DNA of 64,000 nt from contig OZ076409.1 in assembly GCA_964187785.1 (NCBI GenBank), positions 73,162,001-73,226,000 of the forward strand. The letters run 5' to 3'. The DNA comes from Amphiscolops sp. MND2022. Taxonomy: Eukaryota. Made by a program: the position numbers and the translations under genes. A model generated the notes under the pieces. That model was not told the DNA's origin. It made no database searches and saw only the letters and a program-made list of their open reading frames with translations. Positions 12,646-24,787 of the stretch are shown one piece after another; positions within the stretch are counted from its first letter, which is position 1; every line of letters begins with the position of its first letter.

Positions 12646-14020
12646 GTGGTTGGGGCGGTCCCCAGAACGCACAAGGAGGCGCGGGGAGGGTCCTGCGCCG
12701 ACGTAGAATAATTTCATATAATACTAGTATCCTACATGGGTGTTTTAGAAGCGATTTTGGAATCTAACCGTAGGATTTGGATAATTTTTTGCATGCGGCC
12801 ATAACTCGAAATTCTAAGAACTTTTTCCTACTGTCATTTTCCCCGCAAATTGTTTTTTGTTGACTTATGGCCGAAAAACCGGAAATAACGTCCTTTTTAA
12901 ACGTTATATCCGAAGTGTCGTCATAACTTTTTTCCAGGGCATGCTAGCGTTCTCGTTTACTTTTACACTTAGTTGCAGCATCTCAAAATACAACTGGTGG
13001 AAAATTTTGGTTGCATTCGGATCACCCCCCACCGAGATAAAAGGGTTCCCCCCTCCAGTTTTACCCCCCAAATTTGCAAAAAAGCCAATTTTGAGCATGA
13101 AGCCGAGGATTTAGCGTACCCGCACCCTTCTGATGTTTTGTTGTACGTATTAGGGTCAATCTGACGACATGTGTGGTTTTCACCCCCAACCCCCCTGGGA
13201 CCGGAAATGACACTTTTTTGTGTTTTTTGGCAGAATTTAGCCTTTTTCATTATTAGGCAGTCGTTTTAAGGACTCCTAGCAGGATATCGAAATTGAAATA
13301 CAACCTGATCACAACCCAGTGACAACATGTTGGCCACTTGGAGGTATCATCATGACCGGAAATGGGGTCAACCCCCCTTTTTGTGACCGCTTTTTGACCT
13401 TGTGCACCAAAATGTCAACAACTTGAGGCCTAATGAGACATTCAAATCTGTACAAAGATAAAATGTTAGACAACCGAAGTCCCGGAAGAACTTTAGCATA
13501 TACCGGAAGTTACCCCCCATGACCGGAAGTTACCCAACGTGACCGGAAATGGTCCAAAAATTAATGTAAAGTTGAATTTTTCACTATTTCAAGACCACTT
13601 TCATTCCCAAAACTAGCCTACTGGCTTGTTTTCCTGAATTTATGGAAATTGATGAGCTCTATCACCCCCGATAGCCTTCGAAGTTGACCTTGCGTCAACT
13701 TTGGAGGCTATCGATACTGAAAATGAACAACAAAGTACATTGTTGCTCTCGGTTTTTTCCCGTTGTTTTTCCTCAAACATTCTTGAGACATATACATGGC
13801 CGTTGGTTGAAATCAATATTTAGCCCATGTTATAGCTGGAGCAGCGAAGCGTTACACAGACTGGTGTGGTTTTGAAATTACATTATTTAAATTAACAACT
13901 GACCGTCCTAGTCAACTCCACACATTCATACCAACGCCCACCGTCTGTGGGCATGCCGAGGCATGCCCTTCGACGACGTATGACGAATCCACTCCAACGA
14001 CACCCGCAGTCCTCAGCTAG
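12646..14020 (+). mobile_element. Type D unit (1375 bp)
   Basis: Starts GTGGTTGGGGCGG; near-identical copy at 27166-28554. Hairpin 13669-13713, ends CCTCAGCTAG. Confidence 0.78.
12678..12699 (+). other. 5' subterminal hairpin with conserved NNGGGY loop, representative copy
   Basis: GGCGCGGG-GAGGGT-CCTGCGCC; equivalent hairpins with different stems occur after nearly every junction. Confidence 0.8.
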
Positions 14021-16205
14021 GTGGAGGTTATTTTATAATAATTAAAGTGTTTTTTTCCGGAGTTTGTGGCTTTGGAAAAAACAAAAGGCGAGAAATTGGG
14101 CACTCCGGGCTGAACCGTATACACTCAAAATTCGCCCAATATTTATACGATCTCGAAACCCAGCCGTACGATTTGGCTGAAAATTTGCATGCGGCTAAAA
14201 AATCAGATTCTAAGAACTATTTCCTGCTGACATTTTTTTGAAATTTTTGTGTACGTTTCCCCCCCGCCCCCTAAAGGGGTCAATTTTCCCCAATTTTGCA
14301 CTTTTTAGTCAAATTCTCAAAACTGGTGGATCTGAGCTTTTTCCCGATGGGGACAACTTTTAACAAGCGCTGTTCAGTAGACCTTTTTGACTTTTTACTT
14401 TGGTGGTACGTTCACCCCCCAAGGAGGAAATGGCGTTTTTGTGACTTCCGGTCGAGACTTTTTTCACCCAAAAAATAGAAATAAGCCAGTTTTGAGCAGG
14501 AAGGAGTGGATTTAAAGTGTCTGTACCCTGCTAAAAATTTGTGGGGCGTGTAGCGATATATCTCATAGCAAGTCTGGTTTTCACCCCCGAACCCCCCTCG
14601 AGACCAAAATTCACCCAAACGTTTTACCTCTATTTGTGGTTTTTTCACAAAATGTCGTCATTTCCATCGGCAAAGATTTGAATTAGGGGCTCCTAATAGG
14701 GTACCAAAGTTCAAGTACACTTGGAGTGCAACTGAGTGACCCTTTTTGGGCCTCTCGTGTGTTCGGCAATAACCGGAAGTTGTATAAACCCCCCTTTTTT
14801 GACGTTTGTTGACCTTGAGACTCGCGCTTAGATGACGTTTATGTCGCGCAAATCCTACAAACCAGTATTAGAATGACATGCTAGCCAACTAGAGAGCAAT
14901 AAGGGAAACTATACTATACCGGAAGTAACCCCCTCTTGACCGGAAGTTGTCATTTTTGACCGGAAATGGTCCAAAACCTAGCGTGAAAGCTGTTTTTCAT
15001 TGCTTTTAAAGTCAACTTATTACTTTTTTCACTCTGCGCGAGCTTGCCTTCAGGTTCGTTAGTGTTGCCCGTACACACTGCAACAAATATACATCTGTAA
15101 AATTTTCGCTATAATATCGTCGGAGAGAGAAATAACGGGTTTTTGGGTTTTTTTTTCAAAAATATTAGTGTTTATCTGTCATTTTTACCCAACGTTATTG
15201 AACAGTAGAACCATAGGGGTTAGTCTTCGCCCAAATATATGCCTAACAAAAGCACTTGTCCCATTGGTTGCAGTTTGGGCGTTTTAGCTTTGCCTGGTCA
15301 CAAGTTAGGGGACTTGAAAAACTTTCAAAATCATTTCCGAAATTTTTTTCTAAACGTCACGTCTCCCAAAGTTAAGAAACTTCCTCACAACTAGGACCGC
15401 AAGTGAATGCATGTGGTTAGACCTATAAATGGAGAGAAAAACTCCGTTTAGAACATCTCTTTATCGTAACGTGACGTTAAGAGATGTTGCTTTGAATGTG
15501 AATTTGATAATGCGTCGAGAAGTAAAAGTGTGTAAATGGAACCTTTGTCTCGATAAATACTCCTCGCAATACATGCGATGAACCCCAATTACCCTCAGTT
15601 TCAGTTGCTTAGTACATCAACGTCTTCCAAGGACCTTTTATCTATTTTGAAAATGTCGAAATCATTATTAATATCAGTTATCAAGAAACACATGAGCACA
15701 TTCTCATCTCTCCCCATCGGGTGAGGTGAGAATGTTCTTGCTAAAAGCCAGGTACTACGGCCCCCTTTTGTTTTAATACGATGCATTCTCTGCTTTAGCT
15801 CATAGATATTTTTTTTCGCCTGATTGTTTGTATACTCTCTGACTTCTTGTTATAAATCTCTCGTCATTACTTTACATAAATATACAACCAAAAATCATTA
15901 TCGTCAGCGCCACATACATTTAGACGCCCACCATTCCGTAGGTATGTCGAGGCATACCTTTCGATTACGTATGTCAAAACGCAAACGTGATAAAAAGTGC
16001 TGGAAGTCTCAAACAGTGACAAACAAATTTGACTACTTGAAATATGGGAGGTTTTTATATGGAACTTACACATAGCTGACATTTCACAACTTTGCAGCTG
16101 ACGCCCACATGCCAACATCAACGCCCACCGTCCGTGGGCATGCCGAGGCATGCCCTTCGACGACGTATAGCAAATCCCTTTCACCGACGCGCACTCTCCC
16201 GCTAG
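14021..16205 (+). mobile_element. Type X chimeric unit (2185 bp)
   Basis: 5' part resembles C/D (ACCGGAA at 14918/14939/14959); 3' part resembles G/E (CACAACTAGG module ~15386, hairpin ~15694). Degenerate palindrome 15940-15959 plus an intact one before the CTAG. Confidence 0.68.
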
Positions 16206-17480
16206 GTGGCCGGGAACTTTTTTTCCTGCATTTTTCTGTCCAATTGGGGGAGGGGCCCCAAGTGGCTGTTATCCGGTTTTACTACCTACCCTAAACACGC
16301 TCAAAAAATGACGATCTCGAAAACCACCCCTTAGATTTTCCTGAAACTTTGCATACAGGCCTAGAATCAAATCCTAAGAACTATTTCCTACTGGCGTTTT
16401 TCCGAATTTTTTCAAAAAGTTGGTCAAAAATGCAACAAAAGTTGCCAATGGACATAAAAAACGCAACTTTTCGACTTTGAGGGCCCATAACTTTTTTCAG
16501 AGTGCCCGGAGCGATTCGCACAATAACAACAATAATGCTCAGCATTGTCGGAGGAGTGCGTGGACGAAGTTTGAGGTGAATCGAATGAAAATTGATTGAG
16601 AAATAAACGCAAATGTTTGTGCATTTGTTGCAAACACCAGTCTATCTCTGCCATTTTCGCCAAAAATTTTTCCCAGAGCCTTTATAGGAGGCAACCCCTG
16701 CCCAAATTTCTGCCGAGCAAACTCTTTTGGCCCTAAATACGGAGTTTCAGCATTCTAGGATTCCCGGGCGAAAAGTTGTGGGACTTAGAAAAATTTCAAA
16801 AAAACGCAAAAATTGTAAAAAGTAACTTCAGGCGCCCCAAAGTCTCAAAACTTCCACACAACTAGTATTGCAAGTGAATGCATGTGGAAAGTACTCGGAT
16901 AGACGAGAAAAATGAGCTATAGAACAACTCTGTAGCTTAATCTGAAGTTGACTTATGACTTTTTGAGTGTGAGCATCCTATAGGATTTTAATGTCAAAAA
17001 TGAGATTTTGTAAGTCATGTCTCATCAAAAACTCATCGGAATACGTTCAATCATCCCCATAGCTGTTCAATCACCGTTGCTTAGTAGAGCAACGCCATTT
17101 AATGTCTTTGGACCCATTTTGAAAATTTTCCTTACCGTCTTATTCGTCCGATATCACGAAACAATTGAGTACATTCCATCTCCCCCCTTGTGGGGGAGAT
17201 GAGAATGTACTCGCCAAAGACCTAAAACAATGGCCCATATTGGTTTTTATTTGACTTTTCTCACAATATTGCACACGGATAGCTGTGTTTGGTAAAAGTT
17301 TTCCTTTGCACCATGTCTCCAGAAGCAAACCCACTTCTTTAGCTTACTACTTCTACTCAAACATCACTAACGTCAACGCCACACACTCTCACTAACGCCC
17401 ACCGTCTGTGGGCATGCCGAGGCATGCCCTTCGACGACGTATGCCAAATAGCGCCACAGGGCGCCCCCAATTTCCGCTAG
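16206..17480 (+). mobile_element. Type G unit (1275 bp)
   Basis: Starts GTGGCCGGGAAC. Hairpin ~17167, palindrome, then GCGCC-ACAG-GGCGC hairpin and CTAG. Confidence 0.72.
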
Positions 17481-19859
17481 GTGGTCGGGGCGCTCTCCCA
17501 ACCTCTTCCGCCGCCTCGGGGAGGGTCCTGATTGGCGGCACCCCTTATGGAAAACTTACTGTTAGAAACGCACCAGTGTAATGCTGATTTCGAAAACCAC
17601 CCGTACGATTTTGCTCAAATTTTGCATGTAGCTCCCAAATTCCAATACAAGAACTAATTCCTACTGCCATTTTTCCGGGAAAACTCAAAAAGTTGGTCAA
17701 AAATGACATTTTCTGAGTGAAAAATGGCCATTTTTTGACTTTTTTATTTTTGATCGGCTATAACTTTTTCCAGGGTGCTCGGATCGAAAAAAGTTTGTAT
17801 AGGTAAAGTTGTTTGGCACTTCGAGTAGAACTCGTAGACAAATTTTGGTTGAGATCGGATGAAAATTGACTGAGAAATAACCGAAAAACCATCGATTTTT
17901 TGAAAAAAATTTTGACACACTAGTATGACTCTGCCGTTTTTCGGCCAAAGTTCTTTCTAGAACCTCGTCTAAAGTCCTCCCCTGGCTGAATTACCTCCCA
18001 GCAAAACCATTTGGCCCATTTGCCGAAGTTTCAGCGTTCCAGCATTCCCCGGGTAAAAGATAAATGACTTAGAATTTTTACAAAAAAATTTCAAAAAAAA
18101 ATTTTTTTTCTTCAAGCTTCCCAAAGTCAAGGAACTTCCACACAACTAGTATTGCAAGTGAATGCATGTGGAAAGTGCTTGAATAGACGAGAAAAATGAG
18201 CTATAGAACGACTCTGTAGCTTAACCTGACGTTGACTTATGACAATTTGAGTGCGTGCTTGCTATGTGGCGAAATTGAGGAACAACCTAAAATGAAAGCT
18301 AAGTCTGATCTAAAACTTACCGAATTGCTTTTATTCAGCCCCAAAGCTGTTCAATTGCCGCTATGTAGTGCAGCAACACTATCCAAGGCTTTTTAGGACG
18401 TTTTTAAGATGTCATTATGTTCTTTTTGGACAGTTTTTTTTGTACAAATAGGACTTTATTTTTCGGGACCTAACACTTTTTGCCAAAAAAGTCAAACTTC
18501 GTCCACACAACTTAGATTGCAAGTGAATGCATGCGGAGAGTGCATGAAGTGATGAGGAAAATGAGCTATAGAACGCCCGTTTCCGACAACTTGACATGGA
18601 CTTATAAGAGTTTGAAAAATCACAAAAAAAATGAACAACAATTCACTAACAGTGAGTTTGTAGTAAATGGCCCATATTTCCATACACAAGATTCTCAGCA
18701 CAATTCTATACCTTTTCGTTTTTGTTGTCCGTGATTGTGCAACAAATAAGTATTGGTAAAAGTTTCTGTAAAACATCGCCGGAAAGAGAAAAATGCGGAG
18801 TTTATGAGTAATTTTGTTTGAAAAATGACAAAATAGTCTATCTCTGCCGTTTCAGCACAAATTTTTTAAAAAAAGACGCCCAGTAGGTAACCCATGGGCT
18901 AATTTCGTCTCAACAAAACGGTTGGGGTCATTTGCCGCAGTTTTAGCTTTATAGCATTCTCCGGGTAAAAGTTGTTGAAATTAGAAAATTTTTGAAATTT
19001 TTTCAAATTTTTTTTTAACTTCAGGCGGCCCAAAGTCAAGAAACTTCCACACAACTAGGATTGCAAGTAGATGCATGTGGAAAGCCCAGTAATTGGGGAG
19101 AAAAATGCCGTTTAGAACGTCTCTTTATCGTAACTTGATGTTGACTTATGATTCTTTAAATGGGAGCTTGATTTGAGGTTAAGAAGTCAAAGTGTGTAAA
19201 TGGAACGTAAGTCTGGTCAAAAACTCATTGGAATACATGCAATGAACCTCAACTTATCCTCAATTACAGTTGTCTAGTGCAAAGGTCTTTCAAAGTTGTT
19301 TCACTTCTTTTGATAAGTGTTGATGGTATAAACCATCAGTTATAGAGAAACACGTAAGTACATTCTCATCTCTCCCCATCGGGGGAGATGAGAATGTACT
19401 CACCAAAGGTCAAAACTACTAAATGCCTTTTTTCTGTACCATTTTATGTCACTGTCGAAACAAACATAAACAAATTAGTTTCCGACTCCTCCTTGGGGTT
19501 TTGGTTTGACTTCTGTAAAAAAAAAGGGTACGAGGACTTGGAGATCTTTTAAGTGTTCCAAAAGAGACCTCCTATTTCACACCGTGGAAAACTTGAAGAC
19601 ATTTGTCATGAAATCACCTACTAGGCTTCTCTCTGAGTACGCAAGTTCAATAAGTAACACATTTTATCTTCCATATTTGCTCCGATGACCAGGATTGGAA
19701 ACTAAATTAACCCAAGGTACTTAGCCAAAACGAGCAATACCAACTTTTGATTGAAAACCTCATCACAGTTTTTCTTTGAAAATTACCTTCATTGACTTCT
19801 CAATTTATCAACTCAATCTCCTTAAGCGGCCCTATTTTGACACAAGCCTGCAGCGCTAG
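17481..19859 (+). mobile_element. Type E unit (2379 bp; lacks terminal palindrome)
   Basis: Starts GTGGTCGGGGCGCTCTCCC, ends CAAGCCTGCAGCGCTAG. Near-identical copies at 22409 and 24788 (identical ORFs at 17697, 22625, 25004). Confidence 0.8.
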
Positions 19860-21130
19860 GTGGCCGCGTCTTTTAGATGGACTTTTAGCCCTGAGGCGCG
19901 GGTAGGGTCCTGCGCCGACCTGGTGAAAATATACTCCTGGCAAATGGCCCGAATCGGAGACGATCTCAAAACTGGCCCGTACGATTTTCCTGAAAATTTG
20001 CATGTGGCCCCCAATTGGCGAGCAATGAAAAAGTGTAGGAGGTCATTTTCTCCTGGTTTCATTGTGAGACGAGATATATGAAAAAAACAGACCCCAAAAT
20101 GACGAAATTTTCACTTTTTTACCAAAAATGTGACATTATCTCCTCAGACAAGGCTCGGAGCAAACTTTTTCAGGACCCAAACCTGCAGCAGACTGTTAGA
20201 GCAGTGCACACAGTAAGTTTGAAGGAAATCGGATAATCACATGTGGAGAAATTGACGTTTTTCCGGCGAAATTTTTCGCAAATGCAGTCTATCTCTACCG
20301 TTTTTTGCCCAAATTTTTTTCGAGACCCTCTCCTAAAGGCCTCCCCTGGCCCAATTTCCTTCCAACAAAACCATTTGGCCCTAAATACGAGGTTTCAGCG
20401 TTCCAGCATTCCCCAGTGAAAAGTTATGGGACTTAGAAATTTTTCAAAAATTTTCAAATTTTTTCTAAAAAAGTTCAGGCCGCCCAAAGTGAAGAAACTT
20501 CCACACAACTAGTATTGCAAGTGAATGCATGTGGAAAGCCCTGCACTTGACGAGAAAAATGCCGTTTAGAACGTCTTTTTATCTTTACTTGATGTTGACT
20601 TATGATCTTTTGAGTAACGTATAACACGTGATCACAGTAGTGAAAATCCTAATTTTCAATAATTTTCAAACAATAACGCATGAAAAGAATCTGGAAAAGG
20701 TTCCGATGGGTCAGTCGGGATGTCTGAAGCATGTGTACATTCCCGTAGTGTATAGCGGATGTATTTGGGACTTATTAGAAACTGTGATATATTTCATACA
20801 AGTCTTTGTTTCTCTTAGAATCTTATGCAGTTGAGTACATTCCATCTCCCTCTCAGGGGAGATGTGAATGTACGTTGCCAAATGCCTTGTAAAGTTCACA
20901 TGTTTGATGGACTTAACTAAGTAAACAAGTGTGAGTTGCGTTTGCCGAATCGCTACAGCAAAAAATACTAAAACTTTAGTCAGATTGAATGGTTTTTGTC
21001 TTTAGTGTTTCTTCTTGTTTAGCCGACTTCCACATCCAAACATCAACGCCCACCGTCCGTAGGCATGCCGAGGCATGCCTTTCGACGACGTATGCCAAAT
21101 ACCCAATGCCACACAGTCTTTTCCCGCTAG
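19860..21130 (+). mobile_element. Type F unit (1271 bp)
   Basis: Starts GTGGCCGCGTC; diverged copy at 28555-29825. A/T-variant palindrome 21061-21080. Confidence 0.78.
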
Positions 21131-22408
21131 GTGGTCGTTAGCATGGGATTTTCTTTATGAGCGTAGTCCACTTTTTTTAGGCCGGGGTAGGGTCCCGGGC
21201 CGTTACCAATTTCTTACGGAGGAAAAATGTGAAAATCTGCGAGTTTAAAAAATTGGCCCGTACGATTTGGCTGAAAATTGGCATACAGCATCGTCTTGGT
21301 AAACAAATGACTTTGTCCTAGTGACATTTTGCCCAGAAAATTCAAAAAGTTGGTCAAATTGAAAATTTTTTGACCGTCTAAGGCTAAAATTTGACTTTTT
21401 CGCTTTTTTTGGTCAATTTCCTCAGAACTGGTTGATTTTGGTGAAGTAAGTCATAAGAGGTTATAAGGTCTGCAAATAGCCATCAATTGGCTTGCATAAT
21501 CAGATTTTGTCAAAAGTGTTTAGTTTTTTCAAAATTTCACACTTTTTTTTCATTTCAGTGTTTTTTGATACAATTTATTGAATTTTTACTAAGTTCCACT
21601 AAATATTTTTAAAATGTTTTTAAAAAACCTTTTTTTGCACGTTTTTGATGTTTTTTGCTCTCCCATATAGGTTTTCGCATACGGGGAACCTGAATCTGAC
21701 AACGAAATAATTTTATTCCGCAGTTCAACTTACGCCATTTTTAATAGTGAAAAATCACTCATTTTCAATCTAACGAGTGAAAATATCAGAATTTAAAAAC
21801 CTAAAGTTGAGTTTAAGGCGACTTACAGGTAGAAACAAATGCTCAGAAACAAACTGATTTCTTGTATTAGCTAAAGAAAGCCTTTAAAATTCTTTTTACT
21901 TTCTTTAAATCAAAATTCGACACTTTTCATGAAAGTTGTCAGTGGAAAAAATTTATCATTTTTTAAATTAAAAACTTGCTTTGTTGGTCATTTCCGTTAG
22001 TCATTAGTAGCTGTGTAATGCTCCAAAGCCTTTCAAGTTCTTTTGACCCTATTTGAAAATTTTTGATACTGCATAATCAATCCGAGAGAACGAAACAGTT
22101 GTGTACATTCCATCTCCCTCTTGGGGGAGATGAGAATGTACTTCCTAAAGTCTAGGTACTACAGATCATATTTGGTTTTATGCGACGCCCTCTATGCTAG
22201 TGCATATAAATACAAGTTGTTTGGCTGGATTTTGCTTCTGACTTGACGTATACTGTACGTTTGGTACTGACAATACCCATCATTTACATAACAAACGTCA
22301 ACGCCACATACCCTTACCAACGCCCATAGTCCGTAGGCATGCCGAGGCATGCCTTTCGACGACGCGCGCCAAACACAAGCGCGCCCGCACTTTTGCGGTA
22401 GCGGCTAG
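21131..22408 (+). mobile_element. Type H unit (1278 bp; unique AT-rich interior)
   Basis: Starts GTGGTCGTTAG. 5' loop TAGGGT 21188-21193, hairpin ~22101, A/T-variant palindrome 22335-22354, CCGCA-CTTT-TGCGG hairpin before CTAG. Confidence 0.72.
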
Positions 22409-24787
22409 GTGGTCGGGGCGCTCTCCCAACCTCTTCCGCCGCCTCGGGGAGGGTCCTGATTGGCGGCACCCCTTATGGAAAACTTACTGTTAGAAACGCA
22501 CCAGTGTAATGCTGATTTCGAAAACCACCCGTACGATTTTGCTCAAATTTTGCATGTAGCTCCCAAATTCCAATACAAGAACTAATTCCTACTGCCATTT
22601 TTCCGGGAAAACTCAAAAAGTTGGTCAAAAATGACATTTTCTGAGTGAAAAATGGCCATTTTTTGACTTTTTTATTTTTGATCGGCTATAACTTTTTCCA
22701 GGGTGCTCGGATCGAAAAAAGTTTGTATAGGTAAAGTTGTTTGGCACTTCGAGTAGAACTCGTAGACAAATTTTGGTTGAGATCGGATGAAAATTGACTG
22801 AGAAATAACCGAAAAACCATCGATTTTTTGAAAAAAATTTTGACACACTAGTATGACTCTGCCGTTTTTCGGCCAAAGTTCTTTCTAGAACCTCGTCTAA
22901 AGTCCTCCCCTGGCTGAATTACCTCCCAGCAAAACCATTTGGCCCATTTGCCGAAGTTTCAGCGTTCCAGCATTCCCCGGGTAAAAGATAAATGACTTAG
23001 AATTTTTACAAAAAAATTTCAAAAAAAAATTTTTTTTCTTCAAGCTTCCCAAAGTCAAGGAACTTCCACACAACTAGTATTGCAAGTGAATGCATGTGGA
23101 AAGTGCTTGAATAGACGAGAAAAATGAGCTATAGAACGACTCTGTAGCTTAACCTGACGTTGACTTATGACAATTTGAGTGCGTGCTTGCTATGTGGCGA
23201 AATTGAGGAACAACCTAAAATGAAAGCTAAGTCTGATCTAAAACTTACCGAATTGCTTTTATTCAGCCCCAAAGCTGTTCAATTGCCGCTATGTAGTGCA
23301 GCAACACTATCCAAGGCTTTTTAGGACGTTTTTAAGATGTCATTATGTTCTTTTTGGACAGTTTTTTTTGTACAAATAGGACTTTATTTTTCGGGACCTA
23401 ACACTTTTTGCCAAAAAAGTCAAACTTCGTCCACACAACTTAGATTGCAAGTGAATGCATGCGGAGAGTGCATGAAGTGATGAGGAAAATGAGCTATAGA
23501 ACGCCCGTTTCCGACAACTTGACATGGACTTATAAGAGTTTGAAAAATCACAAAAAAAATGAACAACAATTCACTAACAGTGAGTTTGTAGTAAATGGCC
23601 CATATTTCCATACACAAGATTCTCAGCACAATTCTATACCTTTTCGTTTTTGTTGTCCGTGATTGTGCAACAAATAAGTATTGGTAAAAGTTTCTGTAAA
23701 ACATCGCCGGAAAGAGAAAAATGCGGAGTTTATGAGTAATTTTGTTTGAAAAATGACAAAATAGTCTATCTCTGCCGTTTCAGCACAAATTTTTTAAAAA
23801 AAGACGCCCAGTAGGTAACCCATGGGCTAATTTCGTCTCAACAAAACGGTTGGGGTCATTTGCCGCAGTTTTAGCTTTATAGCATTCTCCGGGTAAAAGT
23901 TGTTGAAATTAGAAAATTTTTGAAATTTTTTCAAATTTTTTTTTAACTTCAGGCGGCCCAAAGTCAAGAAACTTCCACACAACTAGGATTGCAAGTAGAT
24001 GCATGTGGAAAGCCCAGTAATTGGGGAGAAAAATGCCGTTTAGAACGTCTCTTTATCGTAACTTGATGTTGACTTATGATTCTTTAAATGGGAGCTTGAT
24101 TTGAGGTTAAGAAGTCAAAGTGTGTAAATGGAACGTAAGTCTGGTCAAAAACTCATTGGAATACATGCAATGAACCTCAACTTATCCTCAATTACAGTTG
24201 TCTAGTGCAAAGGTCTTTCAAAGTTGTTTCACTTCTTTTGATAAGTGTTGATGGTATAAACCATCAGTTATAGAGAAACACGTAAGTACATTCTCATCTC
24301 TCCCCATCGGGGGAGATGAGAATGTACTCACCAAAGGTCAAAACTACTAAATGCCTTTTTTCTGTACCATTTTATGTCACTGTCGAAACAAACATAAACA
24401 AATTAGTTTCCGACTCCTCCTTGGGGTTTTGGTTTGACTTCTGTAAAAAAAAAGGGTACGAGGACTTGGAGATCTTTTAAGTGTTCCAAAAGAGACCTCC
24501 TATTTCACACCGTGGAAAACTTGAAGACATTTGTCATGAAATCACCTACTAGGCTTCTCTCTGAGTACGCAAGTTCAATAAGTAACACATTTTATCTTCC
24601 ATATTTGCTCCGATGACCAGGATTGGAAACTAAATTAACCCAAGGTACTTAGCCAAAACGAGCAATACCAACTTTTGATTGAAAACCTCATCACAGTTTT
24701 TCTTTGAAAATTACCTTCATTGACTTCTCAATTTATCAACTCAATCTCCTTAAGCGGCCCTATTTTGACACAAGCCTGCAGCGCTAG
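22409..24787 (+). mobile_element. Type E unit (2379 bp)
   Basis: Near-identical to 17481-19859. Confidence 0.8.

Noticed and set aside
22152..22160. Internal CTAGGT as an additional junction
   Set aside because: It reads CTAGGTAC rather than CTAGGTG, corresponds to CCAGGTAC in other units, and lacks the flanking palindrome and head hairpin.
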